Below, in pieces: positions 39,926-49,552 of a DNA stretch of 64,000 nt. This DNA is from Chloroflexota bacterium. Lineage in GTDB: Bacteria > Chloroflexota > UBA11872. Position numbers and translations under genes: made by a program. The number at the start of each line of letters is the position of its first letter. Position 1 is the first letter of the stretch. The stretch is taken from assembly GCA_965262745.1 (NCBI GenBank), contig OZ253558.1:1623735-1687734 (forward strand). Direction: 5' to 3'. Below the pieces are notes generated by a model. That model was given only the letters and a program-made list of their open reading frames with translations, was not told where the DNA came from and did no database searches.

Positions 39926-40202
39926 GCGTCAGCTAACGCAACCCGCGAATCACCCGCATTCAGGGTGCCATGGCTGGGCAAAGGCGGGCGTGTCCCGCCA
40001 TCTCGTCGCGCGTCGCATATGCACGAGAGTATCGCGCGTGGACCACTTGTCACGCGTACGCAGGCTGCCGCGCGTGCAGCGGAACACCGGAAATCCCGCG
40101 ACCGCTCAGAAGTCGCGTCCGTCAAACACCGAGCGACCGGTTCGCCTGCGGCGTTTCCCATGAGCCGTCGGGCACGAACCTCACGGTAGTGTTCTCGGAG
40201 GA

Positions 40203-41225
40203 TTGGTACATTCTGCCGTCGCCGTGCTTGGGTCACCATGGCGGGAACCAGAAGGCACCGTGATCGTGCTGGAACAGTTTTCGGCGAGGCATTGGGTCAG
40301 CGTCGCACGCCGCATCCCAACGCACGCCGCACGGCTCATAGGCGCGCTGGTCTCCTACGGGGCATCGGCGCTGCTGCTCGCAGCCACGTTGCTCCTGGCG
40401 ATCATCCCCGCCAGAGTCGCCGATGCCGTCGCCGCCTGGCTGGGGCGCCGCGTATACGCGTGGGGCGGGCGTCGAACGCGCCAGCTGCGCGCCAACCTGT
40501 CCGTGGTCATGGGCGCGTCCGCCACGGCGCAGGAGGTGAACGCAGCGGCCGCTGATGTGTACGCCAGCTACGGCCGCTATCTGGCGGAGTACTTCACGAT
40601 GATTTGGCCCGATTGGTGGCGCCGCCAGCGCCGCGTCGAGATTGATTCGTCAGAGCTGGCGGCGGCACTTGGGGCCGGCCGGGGCGCCATCATCGTGAGC
40701 ATGCATGCCGCCAACTTCGAGATCGCCGCCCGCGAGCTGCGGCGGCGGCACGCGCCGATATCCTCCGCCGGCGAACGGATGCGCCCCCACTGGCTGGGCC
40801 GCGTCATCGCGATGATCCGGCGGCAGGCGCGGATCGCGGTGCACGACGAACGCCATGCCGCCCGCCCGTTGCTGCGCGCGCTACGCCGCAACGAAGCAGT
40901 CGGACTGGCAGCCGATCGGGTCATCTTCGGCGACGGCGTGCCCGTGCAGCTGTGCGGCGAGACCGCGCTGCTCCCAAAGGGACCCGCCATGCTCGCCATC
41001 ATGAGTGGCGCTCCGCTCATGCCCGCGTTCACCCGGCGCTTGCCCGACGGCCGCGTCGAAGGCGTCTTCGGACGCGGCATCGACCTGAGCGACCTCGACC
41101 GCTCAGATGCCGGCCTGCAGGAGGGCGTGCAACGCATGGCGGATGCGCTCACGGAAATGATCGGCTTCGGCTACCGCAGCTGGTACGCCCTGCACCCGGT
41201 ATGGCAAGCGGCGAAGGTGCCCTAG
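40203..41225 (+). CDS. Lysophospholipid acyltransferase (LPLAT/HtrB-like) family protein
   Basis: Lipid A biosynthesis acyltransferase-like sequence with an N-terminal TM helix; start uncertain. Confidence 0.55.
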   Translation: MVHSAVAVLGSPWREPEGTVIVLEQFSARHWVSVARRIPTHAARLIGALVSYGASALLLAATLLLAIIPARVADAVAAWLGRRVYAWGGRRTRQLRANLSVVMGASATAQEVNAAAADVYASYGRYLAEYFTMIWPDWWRRQRRVEIDSSELAAALGAGRGAIIVSMHAANFEIAARELRRRHAPISSAGERMRPHWLGRVIAMIRRQARIAVHDERHAARPLLRALRRNEAVGLAADRVIFGDGVPVQLCGETALLPKGPAMLAIMSGAPLMPAFTRRLPDGRVEGVFGRGIDLSDLDRSDAGLQEGVQRMADALTEMIGFGYRSWYALHPVWQAAKVP

Positions 41226-41265
41226 CGCTCAGGCACCGCTGGTCGCAGCCTAAGCGCCGCGCAAC

Positions 41266-42018
41266 TTACGAGGCGGTTCCGGCGCGCTCGAGGAACTCCC
41301 TCGCCCCTTGCTCCAACCAGGGCATCCAGGGCGGGTGCAAGAACCGGGCGCCAACGTCGAGCCAGTGTTCCACGGTTGGCGTAAAGGCAAGCGTGCCCGC
41401 CACACGACCGGCGGCGACGATCTGGCGAATCGCTTTCTCCGTAACCTCCACCACCTCCGGCGCCGCGTTATCCAGAATCCCCATGCTCTGGCCCAAGTCC
41501 GACGGCGCCACGAAGAACACGTCGATATGGTCGACCTTGAGCAGCTCGGGGAGGTTGTGGACCGCCACAATGTCCTCGACCAGAATCACAATCAGCGTCT
41601 CGTCGTTCGCCTTGTTGAGGTAGTCCTCGACGCCGTGACCCTGGCGTGAGCCGAACATGCCGCGGTGACCGATGGGCGCGAACTTGGCGGCATCGACGAT
41701 CTGACGCGCCTCATCCGCCGTGTTGACGTGCGGCACCACAATGCCCTGCGCCCCCTGGTCCAGCGTGCGATAGATCAGGCCGGGTTCCACCCGGTTCACA
41801 CGCACGATCGACGTCGCGCCCCACAGATCGCAGGCGCGCGACAGGTCGGCGATATCGCCGAAGTCCACCGGCCCATGCTCGGCTTCAATCCAGAATCCGT
41901 CGAACCCCAGCGGCCCCATTTCGTCGATCATGTCCGGCGTGTTCACGCCGGCCGGGACGGTTGCCACGCCGCCCTCGGCGAGCTTGCGCTTGACGCGGTT
42001 CGGTCGAATTTCGGCCAT
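41266..42018 (-). CDS. HpcH/HpaI-family 2-keto-3-deoxy acid aldolase
   Basis: 250-aa TIM-barrel aldolase family sequence. Confidence 0.8.
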   Translation of the reverse strand: MAEIRPNRVKRKLAEGGVATVPAGVNTPDMIDEMGPLGFDGFWIEAEHGPVDFGDIADLSRACDLWGATSIVRVNRVEPGLIYRTLDQGAQGIVVPHVNTADEARQIVDAAKFAPIGHRGMFGSRQGHGVEDYLNKANDETLIVILVEDIVAVHNLPELLKVDHIDVFFVAPSDLGQSMGILDNAAPEVVEVTEKAIRQIVAAGRVAGTLAFTPTVEHWLDVGARFLHPPWMPWLEQGAREFLERAGTAS

Positions 42019-42109
42019 GCTCTCGTCCTTGCGGTGATCGACGGCTCAGCAGCGGCCGCCAGCGTAAGGCATGGGCGCGCCAAGCATCTTCCGGCCCAAC
42101 CGGAAGCGG

Positions 42110-43201
42110 TTAGGTGCGAGTAACGGTGATGTAGGTCCCCGACACCTCGCTCATGCGCGGGTTGTTCGGATCGGTGCGCCCGTAGGCCGCCAGCAAGGTG
42201 TCGGGCGCGACCTCTTCCACCCAGTCGTAGCTGCCGCAGTCCCACGGCTGCGGGCCCAGGTGCAGGCAGAAGTGCCCGATCCACGAATGACCGTCGTCAA
42301 GGCTAAAAGCCAGCCAGTCGCCCGGTCGCCCGTAGACCACCGCCAGCACGCCGTTGGCCATGCGACAGGCGTTGGGCCAAACGCCGCGGTCGGCGATGGG
42401 GTCGGCCACGCTCCAAGTGCGCCCATCGTCCGCCGAACGGCTCAGATACAGCGGCGAATGGCGGCCGTCATAGCGGCCGCCGCTGCGCATGAAGCACAGC
42501 ACGTCACCGCTGGGCAGCGTCAGCAGCGCCGGCTCGTCGAAGCCTTCGATCCGCACGTGGTCGTCCGGCGTGAGGTCCGACGCCACCGTCGCGCGGTATT
42601 GCCAGCTCCGGCCACGGTCCGCAGAGCGCACGACGTAGCTGCTCTGCTTGCGATTGCCGGCAAACCGTCCGTGCACGCCGGCCAGCAGGCTGCCGTCGCT
42701 GAGCGCCACCATGTTGTGATCGACGTACGAATCCACGTGGCGGCCCGAGCGCTCGCTCTCCGCCTCGCTGATGGCGGGGACGCCGGAAATCTCGACGGTC
42801 TCGGCGGTGAAGCTCTGTCCGCCGTCGGTGGAACGAAGCGCGCGGCCGAGATAGACGCCGGGGCGGTCGGTCTTGCCAAGCCACGGATCTTCGGAGCCCT
42901 CCAGGCCGACCAGCTCCCCGTCGTCGAACTGATGCACCTGGTAGGTGGACCACGCCGGCGCCGGTTCCCACGACTGGCCCGCGTCGCGCGACGCACGCCA
43001 CGTCATCGCCCCATCGCCCGAGGGGACGCCTCCGGCGATCAGGCGGCCATCCCGATGCTTGAAGAGGAATCCAAACGGACACTCACGATCTTGCTCGGGA
43101 ATGAGCGTGATGGTGTGCTCAACTTGGATCGTCAGGCCGGGCAGCTCATAGTGCCCCCGGCAAAGCGCTTCGCGGTCGATGGGCGGGTCTAAGGTGGCCA
43201 T
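42110..43201 (-). CDS. BNR-repeat sialidase-like glycosyl hydrolase
   Basis: Four Asp-box motifs (SxDxGxTW/F: STDGGQSF, SADRGRSW, SADDGRTW, SLDDGHSW); start ambiguous (43201 or 43291). Confidence 0.65.
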   Translation of the reverse strand: MATLDPPIDREALCRGHYELPGLTIQVEHTITLIPEQDRECPFGFLFKHRDGRLIAGGVPSGDGAMTWRASRDAGQSWEPAPAWSTYQVHQFDDGELVGLEGSEDPWLGKTDRPGVYLGRALRSTDGGQSFTAETVEISGVPAISEAESERSGRHVDSYVDHNMVALSDGSLLAGVHGRFAGNRKQSSYVVRSADRGRSWQYRATVASDLTPDDHVRIEGFDEPALLTLPSGDVLCFMRSGGRYDGRHSPLYLSRSADDGRTWSVADPIADRGVWPNACRMANGVLAVVYGRPGDWLAFSLDDGHSWIGHFCLHLGPQPWDCGSYDWVEEVAPDTLLAAYGRTDPNNPRMSEVSGTYITVTRT

Positions 43202-43353
43202 GTGGCGCTCGCTTCGCGGTGATGGCGGGACGCGCTGGGCGCCGACGGTAGCACTCGGCGATCCCAGCAGAGCCGAGGCAAAGACCGACATTCGCCGACG
43301 TGTCGAGCGCCTACCATGCGGCCAGCGAGCAACCGAGCCGAGGAGTCGCTGCA

Positions 43354-44661
43354 ATGACCGAAACCCAGACCAGAGAGCGTGTATTGGCCGAGGTCGATGC
43401 TCTGGCCGATGACCTGGTCCAGATGACCATCGACACCGTCCGCATCCCGTCGGTGAACCCGACCTATCCGGGCATCGACGTTGCGGCCGCGCAGGGCGGC
43501 GAGACCCGCGTGAACGAGTTCTGCAAGCCGCTCATGGAGGACGTGGGCCTGCAGACGGATATGTGGGAAGCCGAGGAAGGCCGCGCCAACCTTGTCGGCA
43601 AGCTCAGCGGCGCCAGCGGCGGGCGGTCGCTGCTCTTCAACGGCCACGTGGACGTGGTACCGCCCGGACCGGACGCCAACTGGACAAAGGCGGGGCCATG
43701 GAGCGGCGAGGTCATCGACGGCCAGATCTGGGGCCGCGGCTCGTGCGACATGAAGGGCGGAAACGCCGCCGCGCTCATCGCGCTGCAGGCGGTCTTGAAG
43801 GCCGGCCTGCACCCCAAGGGCGACGTGATCATCGAATACGTCGTGGGCGAGGAGATGATGAACACCGAGGCCGGGACCGGCGCGGCCATCGAGCGCGGCT
43901 ACACGGCCGATGCGGCGATCGTGGCCGAGGCGTCCGGCCCGCCCTACCGCTTGGGCATCATCCCGGCCTCGCCCGGCCTGCTGTACATGGCCTGCACCAT
44001 CCAAGGCCGGGCGGTGCATGCCTCGATGCGCGACGAGCTGATTCGGGCGGGCGGCGGCGGCGCGTCCATCGGCGTCTCCTCCATCGACAAGGCCCAGCTG
44101 GTCATGGACGGCTTGCGCCGGCTGGAGGAGGAGTGGGGGCAAACGAAGTCGCATCCGATGTTCAAGCGTCCCGGGCATTTCACGATCTACCCCGGCCTTG
44201 TGCAGGGCGGTCCGAACGGGCCGTTCGTAATCTCCGAGGAAAGCCGGGTGGAGTACGCGATCTGGCACCCGCCCCAGGATCCGGTTGAGGACGTCAAGGC
44301 CGAGATCGAGACCCACATCGCGCGCGTGGCAGCCACGGATTCGTGGTTGCGTGAGCACCCGCCAACGGTCGAATGGCTGCTCTGGTGGCCGCCGTTCGAC
44401 GTGCCGCCCGACGCGCCCATCTGCCAGGCCCTCGAGGCGGCCTATACCGGCGTGTTCGGCACGGAAGCGCCGTACTACGGCTTCGCCGCCGTCGACGACG
44501 GAGCGTTCCTCAATCGCGCGGGAATTCCGGCCATCACCATCGGGCCGGGGAGCCTGCTGGTAGCGCACGGCCCCGACGAGCACGTGGCCATCGACGAGTT
44601 GATCGACGCCGCCAAGATCTACGCCCTGGCCATCATCGAATGGTGCGGCGTCGAAGCATAG
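43354..44661 (+). CDS. M20-family metallopeptidase (ArgE/DapE/acetylornithine deacetylase-like)
   Basis: LLFNGHVDVVP, GRGSCDMKGG and C-terminal HGPDEH motifs. Confidence 0.8.
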   Translation: MTETQTRERVLAEVDALADDLVQMTIDTVRIPSVNPTYPGIDVAAAQGGETRVNEFCKPLMEDVGLQTDMWEAEEGRANLVGKLSGASGGRSLLFNGHVDVVPPGPDANWTKAGPWSGEVIDGQIWGRGSCDMKGGNAAALIALQAVLKAGLHPKGDVIIEYVVGEEMMNTEAGTGAAIERGYTADAAIVAEASGPPYRLGIIPASPGLLYMACTIQGRAVHASMRDELIRAGGGGASIGVSSIDKAQLVMDGLRRLEEEWGQTKSHPMFKRPGHFTIYPGLVQGGPNGPFVISEESRVEYAIWHPPQDPVEDVKAEIETHIARVAATDSWLREHPPTVEWLLWWPPFDVPPDAPICQALEAAYTGVFGTEAPYYGFAAVDDGAFLNRAGIPAITIGPGSLLVAHGPDEHVAIDELIDAAKIYALAIIEWCGVEA

Positions 44662-44737
44662 GGCCTGCGTAAACTGTGAACGCCGGTCCCACGATGACCG
44701 ATCCGGTGGCAAACACCAGCGGACCGAGGCGCCCAGC

Positions 44738-45643
44738 ATGAACCGCACACACTCCTGCGAACCCACGATGACCGATGAGGACGTGGTGTGGTTCTGCCGC
44801 AACGGCTACTGGATTCTCGAAGCCGTCGTGCCAGACGAGATCAACCGGCGAGCGCTGGACTACCTGGCGTCGAACACGCACTTGGAACCCACCGAGATCA
44901 TGGCGGAGGACTGGTTCGTCGACGGCGTAATTCTCAACCCCGCGGCCGCCGGGGCGGTGCGCTCGCTGCTGGGAGACGACTTCGCCTTGCCGACGCTGAT
45001 GGCAAATCATCGCGGCACGGGCCCGGCCAAGCCGCAGGATTGGCACCGGGACAGCGGCTCACGCCATGGCCCGGAGCTCAACTACCTACAGGTCTTCTAC
45101 TACCCCCAAGACGTGCCGCGGGAGATGGGTCCCACCGAGCTGCTGCCGGGCTCGCACTTCCTCTATCAGCGCGAAAAGCTGATGGCGCACTACGGCGCGA
45201 TCAAGGGCGGCGTGCTCACCACCGGGCCGGCCGGTTCCGTTTTCATCACGTCATACAACATCTGGCACCGCCGAGCGGCCCGCACGGCGACAGCGGCGGC
45301 CGGTGTGCGCAACTTGCTGAAATACAACTACTGGCGCACCGCCGACCCGCGGCGGGACTGGATCGTGAGCCCGGAGTTTGACGTCGCGTCGGCGGATTTC
45401 GTTGTGGACGGGGTGCGGTTCTCCGAGGCGGTCCGCGACTGCGTCGACGCGGCCGAGATGTATTACTGGCTCAGCGGCAAGATCGACGAGTTTCACTATC
45501 TGGGCGGCCAGTCGTGGCCCGCGGACATCCTGCAAACCAAGCCCGCGCCCGGTACCCACGAAGGCGCCAGATACCGCCGGCGCTACGGCGTCCCAGGCGA
45601 CGTTACCGATCGACGGAGTCGGCAATCCGGGCGGCTCCGGTGA
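44738..45643 (+). CDS. Phytanoyl-CoA dioxygenase (PhyH) family Fe(II)/2OG oxygenase, paralog 1
   Basis: PhyH-type double-stranded beta-helix; HxD...H facial triad region (WHRD, NIWHRR). Confidence 0.75.
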   Translation: MNRTHSCEPTMTDEDVVWFCRNGYWILEAVVPDEINRRALDYLASNTHLEPTEIMAEDWFVDGVILNPAAAGAVRSLLGDDFALPTLMANHRGTGPAKPQDWHRDSGSRHGPELNYLQVFYYPQDVPREMGPTELLPGSHFLYQREKLMAHYGAIKGGVLTTGPAGSVFITSYNIWHRRAARTATAAAGVRNLLKYNYWRTADPRRDWIVSPEFDVASADFVVDGVRFSEAVRDCVDAAEMYYWLSGKIDEFHYLGGQSWPADILQTKPAPGTHEGARYRRRYGVPGDVTDRRSRQSGRLR

Positions 45644-45736
45644 GGTGAAGGACGACGCCGGCCGCACGCGGCCGCCCCAGTGCCGAGCTAGGATGGGGTG
45701 CGCGAGCGCCACGGCGCGACCGGCGGAGGTCAACTG

Positions 45737-46105
45737 ATGAAGGACCCGCGGCAGATGGTGCGGCAGTGCATCGACGAGCTGCGCGAAGGGCGCCTGACCG
45801 AGGAGCGGCTGCACGAACTGGAGGACGCCCTCGGCGCGGAGCGACCGCGGCGCTGGGACCTGCTGTACCTCCAGGCGGCCAAGTCGTCGGAAGCCTCGGA
45901 CGTCGTCGGGATGCGCCTGATCCGCAACGGCGAGGTGGTGTATCCGCTGCCGGCGCCCGAGGACTGGCCCTATAAGACCGTGCTGGACGCCATCAACGAC
46001 GGCTGGCGGGTGGTGAAGTTCCCCGAGCTGGCGCTGCTGATGGACGAGGGCCGCACCTACGGGCTCTCCTGCGAGTTCATCCTGGAACGGAGGGCCGCCG
46101 CATGA
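45737..46105 (+). CDS. Hypothetical small protein between the PhyH paralogs
   Basis: SD GGAGG precedes the ATG at 45737; stop overlaps the next start (ATGA); no recognisable domain. Confidence 0.4.
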   Translation: MKDPRQMVRQCIDELREGRLTEERLHELEDALGAERPRRWDLLYLQAAKSSEASDVVGMRLIRNGEVVYPLPAPEDWPYKTVLDAINDGWRVVKFPELALLMDEGRTYGLSCEFILERRAAA

Positions 46106-47016
46106 CCATGACCAAGCGCACCTACTCCAGCGCGCCGACCATGACGGATGACGACGTGATCTGGTTCTGCCGCAATGGGTACTGGATTCTGGAAGGCGTG
46201 GTGCCCGACGAGATCAACCGGCGAGCCATGGACTATCTGGACGCACATCCGATCTCGGAGCCTTCGGGAATCCTGGAAGAGGATTGGTTCATCGAGAACG
46301 TGATCGTCAACCCCGCAGCGGCTGGAGCGGTGCGCTCGCTCCTCGGCGACAACTTCACGCTCCCCGTACTGATGTCGAATCACCGGGGCACCGGCCCGCG
46401 GCATCCGCAGGACTGGCACCGGGACGGCGGCTCGCGTTACGGCCCCGAGGTGAACTACCTCCAGGTCTTCTACTACCCACAAGACGTACCGCCCGAGATG
46501 GGCCCGACCGAGCTATTGCCGGGCTCGCACTTTCTCTACCAGCGGGAAAAGCACATGGCGCACTACGACGCGGTCAAAGGGAGCGTGCTGACCGCCGCGC
46601 CGGCAGGCTCGATCTTCCTCACCTCCTACAACATCTGGCACCGGCGCGGCGCGCGCACGGCGCCTGAGTCCGCCGGCATTCGAAACCTGCTGAAATACAA
46701 CTACTGGCGCACGGAAGATCCCCAGCGGGATTGGATCCAAGAGCCGGACTTCGACATCGAGTTTGCCGACTTCGTGGTGGACAGCCTGCGCCATTCGGAG
46801 TTGATGCGCGATTGCGTCGATGCGGCCGAAATGTATTTCTGGCTCTGCGGCAAGTCCGACGAGTTCCGCTACCTGGGCGGGCAGGGTTGGCCGGGCGATA
46901 TCCCCGAGAACAAGGCCACGCCCGAGGCGATCGCCCGCACGCGCTACCGCCACCGCTACGGGGTACCCGGGGACATGACGGACCGCGGCGGACGGCGCGC
47001 GGCACGCATCTGGTGA
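46102..47016 (+). CDS. PhyH-family dioxygenase, paralog 2
   Basis: About 70% aa identity to paralog 1 over its full length. Confidence 0.75.
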   Translation: MTMTKRTYSSAPTMTDDDVIWFCRNGYWILEGVVPDEINRRAMDYLDAHPISEPSGILEEDWFIENVIVNPAAAGAVRSLLGDNFTLPVLMSNHRGTGPRHPQDWHRDGGSRYGPEVNYLQVFYYPQDVPPEMGPTELLPGSHFLYQREKHMAHYDAVKGSVLTAAPAGSIFLTSYNIWHRRGARTAPESAGIRNLLKYNYWRTEDPQRDWIQEPDFDIEFADFVVDSLRHSELMRDCVDAAEMYFWLCGKSDEFRYLGGQGWPGDIPENKATPEAIARTRYRHRYGVPGDMTDRGGRRAARIW

Positions 47017-47017
47017 C

Positions 47018-47869
47018 ATGATCTGGGACATCGAGCGGCACGCGGCCGAGATCGAGCGCGATGGCTACACCATCATGGAGCGCGTGCTGCCACAAGCTGA
47101 GATTGACGCTACGCGCGCCGCCATCGAGGAGACGCTGGCCGCCGAGGAGACCATCGGGCGCAAGTACGGCCTGCAGAGCGCCAACCTTCGGATGGTATTC
47201 AACGCCCAGGCCAAGCACCGCCACTTCCACGGCCTGCCGCTGCGGTACCCGGCGCCCGTGGAAGTGGCGCAGCGGGTGCTCGGCGACGACATGTTTGCCC
47301 ACGACGTCACCATCCGGGTGCCCATGCCGACCGGCGAGAAAGACCACCGCCGATTCGGCGGCAACCTGCACGCTGACTGGAGCGATTTCACCGTCAAACC
47401 GTTCCTCGGCGGCCGGCACTACGCGATGGGCATCCAGGCGGCCTGGGCCCTCACGGAGTTCTCAACGGAAACCGGCGGGCCGGTGGTCTGGCCCGGGTCG
47501 CACCTCGCCGTCGAGATTCCACCCGAGGAGCCGGAGACGCTTCCGCCCGGGTGGAAGATCGCCGAAGCGCCGGCGGGATCGGTGCTGCTTTGGGACGCCG
47601 GTTTGTGGCACACCGGCGGCACCAACCACGGCAACCAGCCGCGCTACTCGCTGATCCTCTTCTTCCAGCGCTGGTGGGTGAAGGGCTTCAACGACTCCTA
47701 TCGCTACATGCCTCCCGACATGCGCGAGAAGATGTCGCTGGCCGAACGCCAGTTCTGGGGACTGGAAGCCGGGGTCCCGCCCAACACCCACTTCCGCGGC
47801 ATGAGCCGCGAGCAGATCGAGGCGCTGACGCCGGCCGAGAAGGCCGTGCTCAACATCGCGGCGTACTAG
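47018..47869 (+). CDS. PhyH-family dioxygenase, divergent paralog 3
   Basis: PhyH-like sequence (LHADWSD.., GSVLLWDAGLWHTGG); start abuts the preceding stop. Confidence 0.7.
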   Translation: MIWDIERHAAEIERDGYTIMERVLPQAEIDATRAAIEETLAAEETIGRKYGLQSANLRMVFNAQAKHRHFHGLPLRYPAPVEVAQRVLGDDMFAHDVTIRVPMPTGEKDHRRFGGNLHADWSDFTVKPFLGGRHYAMGIQAAWALTEFSTETGGPVVWPGSHLAVEIPPEEPETLPPGWKIAEAPAGSVLLWDAGLWHTGGTNHGNQPRYSLILFFQRWWVKGFNDSYRYMPPDMREKMSLAERQFWGLEAGVPPNTHFRGMSREQIEALTPAEKAVLNIAAY

Positions 47870-47948
47870 CACCGCGCGTCCGCGTTGACGCCCATCGCTC
47901 CACCCGCATAGCATCGACCCGCAGCGCCAGCCGTCCGCGGGAGCCGCC

Positions 47949-48638
47949 ATGTCTATATCTGGGCCGCTCGACGAAGCCACGTTTGCCGCGCTCAAAGCCG
48001 CCGACAGCCCCACGCTGTCGAACGCCATCGAAGAGTTGGCGGTGCGCGACCACCGGGTTGGCTTCGCCGGGTCGCGGGTGCGCTGCATGTTTCCCGAGCT
48101 TGGCGTCACGCTGGGCTATGCCGTCACGGCGCAGATCGACACCACCGGACCCGGCCCGGTCGAGGTGGGCCGCGGCATGCGCGAGTTCGCCGAGCTTCTG
48201 GCCGCCGCCCCCAAGCCCGCGATCGTCATCGTGCAGGACATTGGCCCGCACAAGGCACGCGCCGCGATGTTCGGCGACTATGCCGCCACGTTGTACGGCG
48301 CTCTCGGCGCCGTGGCCTTCATAACCGACGGCGCCATCCGCGACGTGGATCAGCTGCGCGAGATGCGCTTCTCCTGTTTCGCCGCCGGCACGTCGGTCTC
48401 CCACGGCAACCCGCGGCGCATCACGATGGACATCCCGATTGAGATCGACGGCATGGTCGTCGAGCCCGGCGACCTGATCCACGGCGACGTGAATGGCCTG
48501 CTCAACGTGCCCCTCGCGGCCACTCAGGATCTGCCCGCGCAGGTCGAGCACGTGCGCGCCACCGAGCGGGCGGCCATGGACGCGCTGATCGGGCCGAACG
48601 CCTCGGTGGACGAGGCTCTCTCGCAGATGGGGCACTGA
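47949..48638 (+). CDS. RraA-family protein (RraA / 4-hydroxy-4-methyl-2-oxoglutarate aldolase family)
   Basis: 229-aa ORF with RraA-fold sequence (GDYAATLYGALGAVAFITDGAIRD). Confidence 0.75.
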   Translation: MSISGPLDEATFAALKAADSPTLSNAIEELAVRDHRVGFAGSRVRCMFPELGVTLGYAVTAQIDTTGPGPVEVGRGMREFAELLAAAPKPAIVIVQDIGPHKARAAMFGDYAATLYGALGAVAFITDGAIRDVDQLREMRFSCFAAGTSVSHGNPRRITMDIPIEIDGMVVEPGDLIHGDVNGLLNVPLAATQDLPAQVEHVRATERAAMDALIGPNASVDEALSQMGH

Positions 48639-48641
48639 GCC

Positions 48642-49526
48642 GTGGCGCTGAAGTATTCGGTCGTTATGGCAACGCTGGCGACCTGCCCCGGCGGAAACGT
48701 GTGGGAGGACCCCGACACTGTGCTGGGCGCCGTTGCCGACGCGGGCTACGACGGCGTCGACCTGGACGCCGAGCCCGACCGCATCGACGAGGCGCGGTTC
48801 AACGCCGTGGTCGACAAGGCGCGAAACCTGGGGCTGCGGATCCCATCGCTCCTCGGCGCCTGGGGCGGCTGGCACGCCGGAGAGGAGCGCGACCTGGCGT
48901 CAGCGGACGAGTCCAAGCGCCGCTACGCCGTCGACTACGCCAAGCACTGCCTCGACCTGGGCGCCACCCTCGACGAGCCGCCGGTCTACGAGATCTGCGC
49001 CGTGTCCTTCGTGCCCGAGTATCCGGTAACCAGCGTCCCCTTAGGCATGCTGCGGCGCCAGTTCGAGCGGTCGGCGCGTGAGATCGCGGACCACGCCGAA
49101 TCCGTGGGCGTGCCGGTAGCCATCGAGCCCGTCAATCGCTTCGAGGGCTACGCCGGGTTCATGAACTCAGTTGTCGAAGCGCTCGCCGTCGTCGAGGCAG
49201 TGGGGTCGGACTACCTGGGCATCGTGGCCGACTTTTTCCACCTCAACATCGAGGACGGCCCGGTCACGGAAGCCCTGCGGACCGCGGGCAAGCACCTGCG
49301 GCACATCCACCTCGCCGACAGCAACCGCCAGATGCCCGGCACCGGCCACCTCGACTTCAGCGACATCGTGCGCGTGCTGCATGCCATCGGCTATGACGGC
49401 TATCTCTCGATCGACTGCGTCCCGGCCAAGCCCGACTGGCGAACAGTGCTCACATCCACGCGCGAGTTCATGAACCAGATCGAAACCAGCGTGGACTTAC
49501 AGCGGCGCCTGGCGAGCGTCGCCTAG
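48642..49526 (+). CDS. Sugar phosphate isomerase/epimerase (xylose-isomerase-like TIM barrel)
   Basis: AP endonuclease 2 / xylose isomerase-like TIM barrel motifs (IEPVNRFE, HLADSNR). Confidence 0.8.
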   Translation: MALKYSVVMATLATCPGGNVWEDPDTVLGAVADAGYDGVDLDAEPDRIDEARFNAVVDKARNLGLRIPSLLGAWGGWHAGEERDLASADESKRRYAVDYAKHCLDLGATLDEPPVYEICAVSFVPEYPVTSVPLGMLRRQFERSAREIADHAESVGVPVAIEPVNRFEGYAGFMNSVVEALAVVEAVGSDYLGIVADFFHLNIEDGPVTEALRTAGKHLRHIHLADSNRQMPGTGHLDFSDIVRVLHAIGYDGYLSIDCVPAKPDWRTVLTSTREFMNQIETSVDLQRRLASVA

Positions 49527-49552
49527 CCACACCAGCTGCCCGAGCACGAGCC

